DNA of 64,000 bases from Protoeuglena noctilucae (GCA_958009085.1 OY253669.1:558001-622000); one strand, 5' to 3'. Shown: positions 39,381 through 53,398, counted from the first letter of the stretch. Notes: generated from the sequence alone by a model not told the origin. Numbers and translations are program-made.

Positions 39381-42300
39381 ATGTTATCCGTGCCGAGCTG
39401 GGCCACCAGGCGCCTGTGAGTAACGCGTGGTAGGAGGGAAGCGTCACGCCCGACCGCGTGCTGCCGCTTCTGCGCCGCGGGGCCAGCGCCTTGCCCTCCA
39501 ACCCCCGTGCTCTTTGCTCCCAGCTTGGCGCTCCTCATTCGGTCCTTCCTCGGAAGCTTCCTCGATTCCGAGTTCGACACGGCACAGCTCGAAGTGCAGC
39601 TAGGATCGGGATACATCGGCTTCTCAAACCTGGGGCTGGTGAGGAGCGGCGCTCGGACGCGCGCTAGGGCGCGTGCCCTTCCCGCGCGTCGCCGGTCACG
39701 AGATGCCCTCGTGCGCATCTCCGAGTTCAACTGGTCACGTTCCGTTTCTCCTGCATCGCAGGACTGCGCCAAGGTGAACGAGGCGGTGGGCGCCGCGTCC
39801 CCGCTCCTCGTCACGGGCGGTCGCGTCCGCACTGTCGAAGTGCGCGTCCCCGTCTCGCTCGATTTCACCCTCCCTGTCGTCGTGTCCCTCTCTGGCGTCT
39901 CCGTGGACGTGGCCCCGCGAGACCACGGCGGGGGACGGGAGCAGGGGCACAGCGGCCCCCGTGACGGCCCCGGTTCCGGCCTGGGTCCCAGGCCGCCCGC
40001 ACCCGGCGCCCGGTCGTGGTGGAGCCTGCCTGGCATTGGCGCCGTGTCGAACTACATCGAGTCCGCGACGTCTTTCCTGGCCGCCTCGGTCGCGGCCACC
40101 CTGCAGCCCCAAGTGCAGCGGCTGGCCGAGGCGCTTGTTCTACGACTCCAGGTTCGCATTGCCGATGCCGATGTCCGCCTCGCCGTCCCCGGGACACCGG
40201 GTGGGCGTCGCCAAGGGGCCCAGTCGAGGGAGCGGGCGGCTGCGCCCGACGATGCCACGTCGGGGCCCTCTGTGCTGCAACTCCGCTTCGACGAGCTCGA
40301 GATCCGCCGCGACGTCAGCCACGGAGCCAAGAGCGATGGCCACGTGCCCGGGGAAGGGCTGCCCAGGTGCGGGCGGGCAGCTGCCGACGATGACCGGTCA
40401 CAGGCCACTGCTGCTGAGCCAGGCCCCGAGGTCTCCGCTGCCGCCGCCGCACGCAGGAGCAGAAAGGGCAAGGTTCTGGCGTGGCTGGCGGGGCGTCGCC
40501 TGTCGTGGTCTGGTCTGCAAGTGGAGGTGTCGCGCCCCTGGGTGGCACCGCCAGGGGCCCACCGCAGCTGCCGTCCTCCACCTGAGGCGGACGATGGGCC
40601 CGGGACTTTCAACTGCCAGCGTCCGCAACCGGGGGCCTCGCCGCGAGGCGCCGTGGCCGACGCTCGCCCTGCTGCGAGCGCCGTCGAGCAGGCCGCGGCG
40701 CACCCCCAGGAAGCACGGCCCGGTGTTTCCGGAGCATTCGAAGCGGCTTGCCTTGCGGAAGGGAGGTTTGAGCCGGGTGATGGAGCCGGAAGCTTGTTCG
40801 CGAGTGTGTTCGAGGGCTCTCCTGGTGGCGCAGGCATCTGGGAAAGCGTGATGGCCGAGGGGGACCCTGGTTCTGATTCGTCGCCTGCGGAGGGGGCATC
40901 CCTCGTGGATAGAGCTGCATCTCGCGCAGAGCTCCAAGGGAGTTTGAGGCCTCTGGAAGCGGAGGGACCTGGTCGACACGCGGCAGTCTCGTGGGTGCTG
41001 CTGGGGTCGGGGTCGAGGCTGGGTGACGGGGTCGGCGGGTCGGTGTCATTTGCCGTCGAGGTGCTGCAGGGGCAGAGCGATGGGGGGGACACGGGGACGG
41101 GTACGGCGGAGGGATCCTCACTGGCGCGCGATGGTGGGGAGGGTGCCGGCGGCCCGGGGGCCGAGAGCGATCTCCCAGTGTCGCTCTTGCTTGCCTGCGC
41201 AGTTGGGAGCGTCTGCTTGGGCCTCGCCCCTGAGCCCATCTCCGTGCTGGCGCGCCTCGCGGAGACCCTCGCAGGCAGCCAGAAACGCGACGTGCTCCGC
41301 GGCGCTCAGGCATCTGCGCCGCGTTGGGAGGAGACACGCGGTTTCCCTGGCGACGGGGGGCGCCCTGCGAGTGACGCCGGCGCTTCCAGCCCCGTCCCAC
41401 CCCTCTCTCATGCCCATTCGCGTTCTGAGTCGTTTGACTCCGCAGTGTCCGAAGCTGCTGACTTGGGAGGTAGCTTTGTGGCGGGGGAGAACATGGTGGG
41501 GCAGGACTGTCCCAGGCCGGCCGGTCTTCCCACCGCGGCGGGCTTCTTTGGGGCGCGGGTGGCAGAGTCCCTGGGTCTCCCCCCCTCGCTTCTCGGGGCT
41601 CTGGCCATGTCCCCCTCCGGCAATCAGCGACGGAAGGCGTCTGATTGCCGTTGGCTGCCAGCAGGGGTTGTGAGGCATGAGCTGGTGCGTATAGCGGCCG
41701 GATGCGCGCCCTCCGATGCTGCTCAGGCGGACAATGCTCCAACACAGGCAGGTGGATGGGTCAGGGAAGCCACTGTGCCGGTCACGTCTGCACTAGTGGA
41801 TGGGGTGGACCCAGCAAGGCAGAGCCAGTCGCCACGCGCCCGCCTCCGCGTTGCTGTCGCAACCATGCAGCTTTCTGTGGACGCCCTGTCCATAGTTTGC
41901 AGCGGCGGCAGGGGGTGTGGGGGGAAAGCGGAGCCCGACGCACCGGGTGACGCAGGTCAGCGGGCCGACGAGCATGCGCCAGCCATCCTCGTAGAGTTGC
42001 AAGGCATTGCCGGCACCGCGTCTGCGTTGCCTGCCGGGCCGTCTGGAGGGGTCCTGTCCCTCCAACTTGCGGGGTTGAGGGCGTGGGCTTTGCCGCGGGA
42101 CCAGCCCCCATCACCGAGCAATAGTGCAGGGCTGTTTACCTCCATGGACTCCGTGGCCAAAAGCTCCGGTGGCGAATGTTTGCCGTTCAGCGCCACTCCC
42201 CTGGCCCCCTCTCCTAGCTGCGTGTCTGCAGCGCTCGGCATGGATGGCGAAGCAGCGGGAAGCACGTGGGGAAGACGTGCCGAGGGGGCTCAGTCATTGC

Positions 42301-45300
42301 CGTGCATTCCGATGCTGCAGCTCATGGGCTCTGCATCTTCGCAAGACCCTTGCATGGAAGCGTTCTTGGCGCTCACGCCTGATCCCAAGTCAGACGACAG
42401 GCTCAGCGGGGGTCTGTGTGCCGAGATCGGTCATCTGGCCGTATGGGGGGATGCGTCGGCGTTGACAACTGCGGCTGAAGTGGTGGGGTGTTTCTCGGTT
42501 GCAAGGGGCACGGAGGGGTCTAGCCCTGACCTGGGGAAGGCCACCGCGAACTCGGTTGCGGACGGGATGGGAAGGCCAGCTGACCATGAGTTCTTTGTCT
42601 TCGGGGTCAGGTCGGCAGAGTCCTTTCGGATGGAAGCTTGCTGCAAGTCGGTTTCCGTTGTGCTCCACTCGAGCGATGCTCCCATCGCAGTTGGCCTGCA
42701 CGTTCAGTCGTGGCCAACAGAGTGGGGCACATCCGCGACGGAGACGCGTGCGCTGTCCCTAGATCAGAAGCTATTGCCGGAGACGCACCCTGCATGCCTG
42801 ACGGTGGAGATGCCGTGGGAGGGCTCTGGAACTGGCCGGCCAAAAGCCCAGATCTATTGTGGCGCGGCAGCTGTTCGTCTGATGGTCCTCTCAGCTCCGG
42901 GCGTTGCCAACGAGTCTTGCGGAAACGACTCAAATGCGGGTGGGTGCGGCCGCTCATGTGGCAGCGGTAGGAGCGTGGTGGACGTCATAGCGTGGACAGC
43001 TCCCTGTGTAAATCATGACAGCGTCGGTGCGTTTAGCTGCTCGGTATCGGCCCGGGTGGCGCTCGGAGAACCCCCTGGCTACGGAAGCGCGGTTGACTCC
43101 GGACAGGCGTTTCGCGTGGACCGGCGGCTGATGCGAGCTTGGGAGGAGTTTGGGCGCTCGCTGGCAACCTCGGCGCCTGACAAGGCAGGGACCGTTCCCG
43201 CTGCACATCGCGCGTTCCCAGACACCATGGGGGGCTACCGTGGCGCGCCTGGCCGGGGAGCTAACCCACCAGGCATACAGGAGGATCGAGACGTGGGTGT
43301 GGCCGCCTTAGGTTCGGATTCTACGGACGAGTGGTACTTGCACCACATCACTGCCGAGGCGTCGCACACGTACGTGGATGTGTGTCTCCCGATGGTTTCG
43401 ATTCGCCTTCGGCATCAGCTTATTCTCGACCTGGGCGCCCTGCTGAAGGATCTCTCGGAGGCGGCCTCGTCAGGCAAGCTATACAGGGAGGGGGGGGAGC
43501 ATCACAGTGTCCTATTCAGGTGGATATCTGTCTACCGCGCAATGAGTTGTGGTTGCAGGTGGCTCTGTCCGGTCGACAGGGGCAAGTGATGCAGACGCGG
43601 GCGAAGATCAGCAAGGCGGTGTCCGCAGCCACAAGATTGCACGCAAAGCGGGGAGTGGGATGGTGACAGTGGCCGTCACGGCTACACAGGCATCTGTCGA
43701 GGTGGCCAGTCAGCAGACGCTGACGCTGCCCCTGCAGCTCCACCAGCACCGGTACCAGCTCCCTCGGCGGCGCTTCAACAGTGCCTTCAGGGGCATGGCT
43801 GGCCGGCTAGCGGTGGTGAGGATCATGTTTGAGGGATGACGGATGAGCTGCTGTCAGCAGCTCACTTGATATGGCTTTTTTTTTGTTGCCGTTGCAGACG
43901 ACCGTGTCAAATTTGGCTGGGCACCCCCTGTGTTCCGCGCTGGGCGTGTCTGCGGGTGCTATCTCGGTGCAGGAGCTTTCGGCAGCTGTGCCAACGTTCC
44001 CACTCGGGACGGCAGGGGACCCTGCACTTCTGCCTATGGGACTTGGGTTTGAGGACTGGCCAGGGGCATGGCAGGTGAGGTTAGGGTAAGCACTGTACAG
44101 CGGATGGATGGTAAGTCCATCATCATCATTACCACAAGTTCACATCATCACAGCACGTGCGTTGCCCCCCGTCCGCAGTGGGACCGTGGCTCTGCTGGTC
44201 CTGGTCCCGGCTTGGCGGTTTGGTCCGTAGTCACCGGGCACGAGCGTCTCGTCGCGGGTCTCTCTGCTACTCATGTGCCTTCTTCACGACCCGGTACGCT
44301 CTCGCGAGGGGTGTCGCCGACGGATGACCTGGGGATGTCGATGCACCTGGGCGTATGCAGAGAGGAGGAGCGGAGTCCTGTCTGGGGTTGGGACTCTGAC
44401 AGTTCGGGCGGTGAGAGGGGCTCTTTGAGACCTAATGCCGAAGAGCTGACAGACCGTGCGCGTCGGAATGCTTCGCATTTGTTGTTCGGTGGGGCTTTTC
44501 AGACGACGTTTGAGGATGCGACGGGGGAAGCGCAAGCCGAAACCAATTGCGTCAATGATCGGGGCCCACCGGACGAGGCAGTCAAGAAACAGCTTGCCGG
44601 GAGAGCTGAAGACATATCCGTGTGGCAAGACGTGGGCTTGTTAGTGGGGGGACAGCGCGAGGCTCTCTGGACGCTTCACAGCCATTTGGCAGGCAAGGCC
44701 GCCCATGATTGTGTGATACAGCTTGTGGACGGAAGCTATTGCTGACTGACTCCGTGTTTGGATCCTGTTTGCAGTGGACGGAAGCGCGTTAGTGCTGACC
44801 ACGGACCCGGGCCGGGCCTCTGCGGACTGGCTGGAAGCGTTTCTCGACACGCTCAAGATCCCTGCTCCAATTGCACCGTCGGTGCAGTCAGATGTCCGAT
44901 CGTGTGTTGTCCGACTGAAACAAGCACAGCTACGCCTCCGGCCGATTCCGGGGAGCCGGGCGTTTGCGTCTCTCAGCTGCGAGGAGGTCGATTACGTCTC
45001 TGGGACGCACGTGCGCGACACGCATCACATCGTTTTGCGGGGCTTGGAGCTCGCTGTTGGCGTCAGTGCCCAAACGCAGAACAGCGGCGCATCGGGTCCC
45101 CAAGTGCATCCGTCCACTATACCCTGGCAGGCGCTCCCAGTCATTGCCTCCGACTCCTCTCTGGTCATCACGGTTTGCTCTCGCAACAAGGAGGCCACAC
45201 GCCCGCGAGTGGTGCACGCATCGCAGGAGGCTTTTGTCCCCCCTGTTTGGGAGGTCCTTGTAACAAATGCACACTTGCGGGTTGCTACGACGCCCGAAGA

Positions 45301-48300
45301 CCTCGTGGCCCTCAAGCACTTGGCAGGAGACGTTGGCAAGGCGCCTGCCAGGTGCAGTCATTTCCAGCACGTTGCAACGGCTTGCTTTCTCATCCTCGCC
45401 GACGCGCAGGTAGCGTTGACTCACACCACTTGCTGTGTAATTCTCTCTGTGCAGGCCGGGATTCGAAGAACGTGTACCAGAAGAGGTCGCGGCTGCCATC
45501 ATCGGGGACATGCTGCTTGACTCAGGCGAGCGGCAGTTTGAGCCCTTGCAGCTTTGGGTGTTCGCAAACCCGCCTCATTCACATTGGCTCGCTCCTCGTC
45601 TTGCAGCCGTTTTGGAGGAAGTCAAACGCGAGCAGGGCGGCGTTAAAAGGCTCCAAGACCTTGTCACGGACCGCATCACGGAGGCGCTGCTCACCCACGT
45701 CACGGATCCTTCCGAGCCAGTTGCTGGTCGACCGGCGCAGCAACCAGGCAAAGCCAGCCCAAGCATCTCGTGCGATCAAGCGGCGCAGGGGAAGAAGCCC
45801 AGTGGGGACGCAGGGGAGTGGGAGGTCATCAGCGGCAGGGCCATGACGCGTGCAAGCGAGGAGGCAGCGGGCCAGAGTAGCGAAGGAGCTGCACTAAGAT
45901 GGGCATCGGACGTAAGGGACCGTGGAGACGCACCTTTTGGGCCTGACCAGATGTACATGACCAGCGCGGCCCACGCGGCGGGTGTCATGAGGTGAGACAG
46001 GACATCCTTGCTCTTGGTGCACGCACCGCGGCGAAGACACTTGCATTTGCACCTTGGGAACCGCGTGCATGTTTTTTCTTGTGCAGGGTTCGAGCGGACC
46101 CGGACCTCGTGCAGGGTATGCCGCCAGTCCGGGGTCAGATAATCATGCATGATGTCCACGTGTCGTGGGTGCTCGTCGGCGACCGTCCTCTAGGGCGCCT
46201 GGCGCACACCACAGGGCGTGCTGGCCAGCGGGGTTCCTCCCCCGCTGCCTCGGACAATTGCCAGCGCGATGCATTCTCGGCAGATGACAGGGAAGAAGGC
46301 GAGGACGCTTGGCTCGCGGAGGGTGGCGAGCTCGAGTTCTGCTTGGAGGGGCTGTCCGTTGCACACGCCCTCTTCCACAAGTCTGACGGCGTTTCCTCCC
46401 GCACTGTGGTCACGGCAGCAAATGTGATCGTGGTAGACCACAACATGCCGACGGGATCCGCATGGCACCGAGTCCTGGATTGCCATAGCACACGCTGCGC
46501 GCCACGGCGGGACAGCGATCCGGCGGTCAAGGTGGTCCTCACGGTGCTGTCCCCGGTCGGTACCGCTGGAGATGAGCTTGACATCACAGTTCGCGTGCAC
46601 CCGCTTCGGGCCATGGTCGACCAGCACGTGGTGATGCTCCTCCAACGAGTTGTCAGGGCTGTGTCGGCCGAGGAGCGTCCTCACGAGACACATATTGGCG
46701 AGCAGCGCCCGTGTGCTACGCACGCACAAGACAACCAGGATGTTGGGAATTCCGGGGAACGGGGATCGTTGATGCCATCGCCCAACTCACATGCGACCAG
46801 CAGAGGAAGCTTGCTTTCTTCGACAGCGTCGACCGAAATGTTAGTAGGGAGGAGCCCAGGCATCGGGGGGGCTTCCAACAACACAGCAGTGGGTATCACG
46901 GTTGGAAACGGCAGATTAGGGAGCGCGGTGCTCGGGTTGGAGGTGGACTTGGGCCAAGTCGGGAGTGCTGTCGGCAATGGCTTTCGGGCCCTGTCGCAGC
47001 ACGTGTCCCAGGGGCGCGTTGGTTTAGATGTCGGAGATGATCATCGTTGCGGGCGCTACGAGGGCGAAGCCAGCGCAACTTCGGATGCTGGTAGTGCTGG
47101 GAGCTCAGAGAGCATGGCTCCTTTGGAGGCGTTTGTCGAGACGGCGGTCCCAGATAGGGCCGAGGTCTACACCACAGGAACTTGGTCTGTGCATCAGGCT
47201 CCTATTGCTGGTTCCTCGCCCCGAGGAGCCTTTTTCCAGCGCGTCAGGGTGGACGCCACCAGCGTATGCATCGACTACCGCCCACGGCATATGGACGCCA
47301 CGGAACTCGGCAAAGGGAACTTGGCGGAGCTTCTCAACGCTGCGCCATTTCAGGAGGTGCGAGGGACCGCATGGTAGCTTGCCATGTGTCTGGAGCTCAC
47401 GAGTACCAGCCACGCAATGGAGAACTTTTTATGTTCTCAGGTGGCCATCACGCTGAAGGGAATCGAGCTTAAGGGCGTTCTGCTGACGGAGGCTGGGAAT
47501 GAAGTGGGCGCTGCGTGGGCACGGGACATTGCCCTGCACCAGACGCATCGGATTATCCAGGGCTTGCCTGCGTTTCGCTCGGTCCACAGGTACGCTCAAG
47601 CCTGCGCTGTCATTCTCCGGCCATTGGCTCGAGCTTGCATGGATTACGGGCAGTCCCTTGCTGCTTGCAGAATCAGCACGGCTGCGGGGGAGGTCTTTTC
47701 TCGCCCCTGGCGTGAGCTCACACGCCCGGAAGAGGTGCTGTCCCACTATGCCCAGACCTCGATTTCTGAATGGGAAGAGACGGAGGACTGGGATGTGGTC
47801 AGCCACCACAGGGACACGCTGGAAGGGCGGGGCAAGGGGGACGCACCCGCCTGGGAGCTGCTGAAGGATCGCGTGCAGAGAATGCTGTCGGCAACAAGCC
47901 AGGTGGGGGCTCGGTGACGGCGGTTGTGACTCTTGATAAGCTTTCCTTCATATCAGGAGGCCATGTGGTGTGTGGGGTGCTGGGCAGCGCTGCCCCCGGA
48001 CACCTTCATGCTTCTCTCCCCAGGCGGGACAATCTCATCACGTGGGACCGGGTCCCAAGCCATCCCGCCGGCTTCTGGCCCAAGATCGCGTGGTGAAGTC
48101 GTCAGCCGAGTTTGGGAGGGCCCTGCGGCAGCTCGGCAAGGCCGTGGCAACGGAGGTGCGAATTCTTTCTGTGACGCACTCTTTCAGCTCCTTTGATGTC
48201 ACTTTCGTAATGGCGGCAGCACTGTATCTGCAGGTGTGCTCTGTGGGTGTCGGCCTCAGCGAAGGCGCGGAGTTCATCCTCTCGGGCCACACGGGCTCTG

Positions 48301-48714
48301 GGACGGGCGATACGCCGTCTGGTATGAGGGATGGCGCACGCAGGGCATATCACGAGCTCACGTGAGCTTCAAGCGCGGGATCTCTTTGCCGTTACATCAA
48401 TAGCGCCCCAATTGTCATCATTTTCGAGTGAGTTCATTCTTTGTTGACTTAATTGTATTTTGCTTCTGTTGCGCAGGCAAGGCATCGCCGCTGCTCAGGA
48501 CATCTCCGCGCGCACGCACGTGCGTAAAGGCGACGGGCCTCTCCTGGCCGCGGGGGCAGTGGCCCGGGCTGGCGCGGGGGCTTTGAGAGCGGGCGCACAT
48601 GGCTTGCTCAGTGCGGCTCGGGTCGCCATGCAAGGAGCAAAGCGGGACATGGAGCGGGGAAGGCGCCGCCCTCACGGATGGGTGCAGTCGCGGAGGCGCA
48701 AAGACAGCGGGTAG
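39381..48714 (+). CDS. ATG2: Autophagy-related protein 2 (lipid transfer)
   Basis: Chorein_N MLSVPSWATRRL|LALLIRSFLGSFL..QLEVQLGSG; C-terminal FFQRVRV..CIDYRPRHMD..GNLAELLN..ITLKGIELKGV and WARDI..IIQGLPAFRS; ATG_C DTPSGMRDGARRAY. The middle exons are divergent. Confidence 0.88.
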
Positions 48715-48778
48715 AAACTGGGCTGCAGCACGCATGCGGTTTGCACGGCCCCCTGCCAGCACCCCTGTGCCGAAGCGC

Positions 48779-50871
48779 TCAGCCCCTTTGAGCCGCCGGC
48801 GAATGAACAGAGGAGGAAATAGAAACACGAGCTGAAGACGACGGCGGCGACGGGGTCCGAGGGTACCTTGGGTCCTGCAAGCCAGGGTCGGCCGCACGGT
48901 GCTGAGCGCAAGCCACTCGAGCAGGCAACAACAGGGTTGAGTTTGCTCCGCTGACCTTTCTTGGTGATGACCTCGCGTACTCGTCTGTGGGCCAGTACGA
49001 GCTCTCTTGCTGCAACCTGTCAGTAGGCAGAGAGGACGCGGTGGGGAGGCGGCGGACAGGCGACCAACCCATCCCGCTCACGGACTTGGCCGCTGGGGAG
49101 TCTGCGATGGAACGAACGTAAGAAGACTCAGAAGGAAAGATTTTGGCGTTACAGGGCGATGCGCTGTAACGAAGCGTACCTGTCCCTTGCGACGGCTTCG
49201 CTGCTGCTGCTGCCAGCCTGTGGTGGCCACTGTTGACCGGCTGGCCCCCTGCATCTAAACCCCGAGAGCTTCCTCCGAGTGTGTGGATTATGGAATCAAT
49301 AGACACGCGCGCTGCACCGTCTTCGCTCCCTGACCCGTTTGACGTGGCCTGAGCCCCAGGGAGTGCCTCGAGGCCTCGCCCCGCGCCACCAACCCCTCCG
49401 TTGACACGTGCGCCCCGCCCCACTGCGCTCGCCGTGCCCGCGCCCTCGTCTCGAATGGAAAACAATCCAAGCCCATTGCCATCGTGCGACGACCGGGTCG
49501 ACGACCGGCTGCGGCGCTGCGTCGAGGACCCCCCTTCGCCCTCGAGGCTCAGCCGCCGTCGCGTCGAGGGGCGGCCCAGGTCCGGCCAGTCCAGGAACGG
49601 GGCCGCCGCTTCGTTTGAGACTTGAACGGCCTGGGCGTCGTCCACAACATGCGGCCCTGGAGCCCCCAACCACGCCAGCAGGACCTGGACCAGGGCATCC
49701 ACCTCGCATCCAGCGCTGGTCTCTGCCCGCGTCGGGTCCATCCCGTACGCACGACACAGCTCCTGCGTGGAGTTGGGCCGCTCCGTGTTGCCGCCTACCC
49801 ATGAGGACGAGCACAGTTGCGCCGTCTCGCTCGCAACTGCCGGCTCACGCTCAGTGGCCCGCGTCCTTGCTGAGTCGATGCCCCCTCCTCTTGGGGAGGC
49901 ATGGCGGCCTCTCCGATGTCCAAGACGAAGTATCCCTCGAGCAGGGGCGGCAGAGGAACCCCAGACCTGCGGCGCAGTTGAACAGGGAGGGTGACAAAAG
50001 CGACAAGGCATGGCTGGCATGCACGCCATGACTCGCAGACGGGCCCATCCGCGCCTGATCATGTCGTTGCGCAGAGCGCGGTGGTGGTGGGCCAAGGGGC
50101 ACGCTGCGAGCACCACCGTGGGACTTCCATCCACGGCCCTCGCCACCCACGTCCAGAATCGCCCCAGTGCTGCGCTCGTCACGGGCGCCTTCGCGGCCCG
50201 GAGCGCCTCTGGAGTTATGCCATGTGCCTGCATGGCCTTGGGATGGATGAGTCGCTTGCCCGATGTAACATCCGCATCCTGCACCGCAGAAGCCGTGCTC
50301 AAATCGCCACAGCCCCGCCGGACCCATGGTGATCCCCGCCCCGACCCTTCCCGACTCACCACCAACGTGTCGAACGAGTCCCCGGACGCTTTCCAGACCT
50401 TCTCGGCCTCGTCCCACACTACCACTGCTGCTGCCAGCTCCACCATCGCCCCTCGCTGCCCGTGGGGCTGCGGGCCTGTCGACCTCGTGGCGAAGACGAC
50501 GGTGCGCCAGGACTGCGCCCTCGATGGCGAGCCGCGCGACGCTCCACGCGCCGTCAGAGGCAGGCGAGCCGGGGACCCATGGAACGAGGACGCGGGTACA
50601 GGGGACAGCGGGGGGGATGCACGCGGCGACGACGACGGTGTCCCGTCGTCCCACCCCTCCCCGGGGCCCCTCCCCCGTGTCCCGTGTCGCGCCGCAGGAC
50701 ACAAGGCTCCCTCATCAAGCGCTGCTTGCGTGCGGCCAGACTCGTCGCATCCTGGGTCAGCAGAAGAGTGTCACGCAAAGGTGCCAGCTGTCTCTGGGCC
50801 CTGGGAAGGCGATGCCTGTGTGGGAGTGGACACCCCTCGGTCCCCAGGGACGTGATTTTGCGCATGGCCAT
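48779..50871 (-). CDS. DnaQ/DEDDh-like 3'-5' exonuclease domain protein with degenerate catalytic motifs
   Basis: TVVFATRSTG..MVELAA..FDTLV..IHPKAMQAHGITPEAL..AP..ALGRFWTWV..VVLAA follows the DnaQ fold pattern. The start is uncertain. Confidence 0.6.
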
Positions 50872-51663
50872 TCACGCCCTCGAAGACTGCAGTCCCCTCC
50901 GAGCGCTGCTGGCCTGCCTGTGCTGTGGCCCCCACTGTCTGGCGCATGGCCCCCTCGGCCCCGACCGAGGCACCGAGGATACTCGCCCTCGCGCCCTGCG
51001 GCGGACGCGCGCCGGACCCAACAGCAGATCCGAGAGTCGCACGGGCCGCCGCGAGGAGGCGAAGGAGGGTCGTCGCCGTCAGAAGCACGGCGAGGGCGCC
51101 AAGCCAGACTGGCACTGGACTGCGGCGACGAGCGTGCGGGGGTGACGAGAGCGTGCACGACCACCAAACAAGGCCGCGACATCCTCGCGAAGGACGCACC
51201 TGCACGGAGCCGGGGCTCCCCACACGGCTCTCCCCCACACCTCCCAACACGCGGCGGTCGCCATGGAGTCCGCGAGGGCCCTCCACCAGACCCCGACATC
51301 CGCTCGGCGCAGGGATGCAGCTGCGCCGGCGCTCCCGGCTGCAAGCGCCGCCCACATCGCCAGCCATTCGGGTCGCACAGCCGTGCCGCGGACGCAGTGC
51401 TGTCCTCGGGGTGGGACTGCCAGAACGTCCCAGTCCACGTGGCCACCGTTGAGACCCCCGCGAACGTTGAAGTCACCCCAGGGTGGCCAGGCGGCGCGGA
51501 CGGGCGCGAAGTCGCAGCAACTACTCCCGGCCAGGAACGCCCACCTCGTAGTGGCCGCCAGGGCCACGAGGTGCACTGCGACATCTCCGACAGCCCATAA
51601 AAACCATCGCGACCTTGGATGCAAGGGCCGCGCTCTGCAAACGAAGCGACCGGCAAAGGACAT
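50771..51663 (-). CDS. Possible hypothetical membrane protein
   Basis: Hydrophobic, Trp-rich segments in ORFs 51079-51663 and 50771-51367. Splicing is not resolved and these may be 5' exons of the exonuclease-like gene. Confidence 0.25.
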
Positions 51664-52073
51664 TCAAACTAAAGTGTCGGCACTTTGCTCTGCAATGCGC
51701 CGACAGGCCGCGTCCGCATTCCGTCCCCTAGCTCACCCCAGCCCGGTTGCCTCCGCCCCCACAATGTCGCCCCACTCAGCAAGCGTGGGGTGCCTTGGAA
51801 GGCCGTGTCGAGCAGGTTCCAGCCACGAGCCCATTTCCTAACCCAGTCATGCGTGCGCTAAGGACATTCACCGCTGACGCTCTACCCTCCCAAAAAGCAC
51901 AGAGGCAGAGTTCGAGGGGTGTGCACTTCGGTGGGCCGGAGAAAAAGCTGGGCCAGCCGACACGTGCGGCACGTCCGCCCCAACTTAAGCGAAGGCTTCC
52001 AGGTCCAAGATGGGACCAGATTCCCACCCCTTCTGGATAACTGTTTGTGCCACACTCCCCGCCAAGTGTTTCC

Positions 52074-53398
52074 ATGCTTGGCCTCGCCTCCAGGGCCTCG
52101 CTGGCCACGCAGGCTCCCTCGGCCGAGCCCGCGCGAAGGGAAGCATTGCGATGTGCGGCGATCGGCAAGCATGAGGTGGGAGGCGGGGCCATCTGGGCCA
52201 CGGACGCCTTTCGGCGTTTCCCGTCGATCCTTTTCCGCGGGGCCGACTTTGTTCGACGTCCCGAATCAGTACTCGCCTTATTTCGATCGTTTTAGCCGCG
52301 ATGGTCGAGCGGGGGTTGCGCGGAGGAGGCTGTTGGGGCTGCAGCGCTGGTGCCCTGGGAAAATCGGTCCTGATGGAAGCCAGCACCGCGTCGACCGGCG
52401 TGGAGGGTCGCGTCGCCGGCATGACAGTCGTCGGATTCTCCGATGCGACTTGGGATGCCGCGCAGCGACGGATGTGGGTCTCGATCGGACCCTGAGGGCG
52501 AGCCTCCGCGTTCTGTGCGCTTGCAGGAGCCCTCGGCGCTGCAGACGATAGGGAAGCGGCTAAGCAGTCTCGCGCTGTCGGGCCTTCTGGCGTTCGCCCC
52601 TCTCAGCCCCGCGGTGGCCTCGGAGTTTGACGTCCTGGCTGACGATGTGCCGGCAGGCTACCTCATCGACGATGCGGGAATCCTGAACGCCGTCACAAAG
52701 GGCCAGATCAACGCGGAGCTTAAGAGCCTGGAGAATGCCACGGGTGACGCCCAGGCCTTCCTGGGGAGCGCGCGCGAGGGTGCACACAGCACCGCCCTTG
52801 CGGCCCACACTGGGCGCCAGTCCCCGCGCGCAGGGTACAAGGTGGTGGTCATTACGCTGCGCAAGCTGGAGTACGACCCGGACGCCTTCTCGTTCGCGGA
52901 CAAGATCGTGGAGAAGTGGTACCCGACGGCTGAGCTGGGGGACAAGAAGGGGGTGCTGCTGGTCGTCACGGCGGCCAAGGAGGGCGCAGTCTCGGGGGGC
53001 CCTAGCTTCATGAACACGATTGGGGACAACCTCATCGACGGCATCGTCAATGACAACATCCCCATTTTCTCAGGCGAGGAGGATGCATGTGGCGGCGGAC
53101 CACGCGCCTCCTGATCGGGTGCTCTTCGTGCAGCCTCACCCCCGCCCCCCTCCACCCCGCAGAGGAGAAGTACAACGAGGCGGTCACGTCGTCCCTGCGC
53201 CGCATCGAGGCCGTCCTCCAGGGAAAGGAGGACCCGGGTGGGCCGGAGCGCAAGGACAACACGCGGCGCCGGACGTACCGGACGAAGGAGGAGACGGACA
53301 AGTCCAAGACGGTCACGACGACCGTCGTCGCCACGCTGCTGCTCATCGCGTTCGTGGTGCCCATGCTGCAGTTCTATGGATATGTCTCCCGTGACTGA
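52074..53398 (+). CDS. TLP18.3: Thylakoid lumen TPM-domain protein TLP18.3/Psb32
   Basis: Transit peptide MLGLASRASLATQ.., lumen signal ..SPAVA-SEFDVL, YLIDDAGIL, DAFSFADKIVEKWYPT, EEKYNEAV, C-terminal LLLIAFVVPMLQFYGY. Confidence 0.92.
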
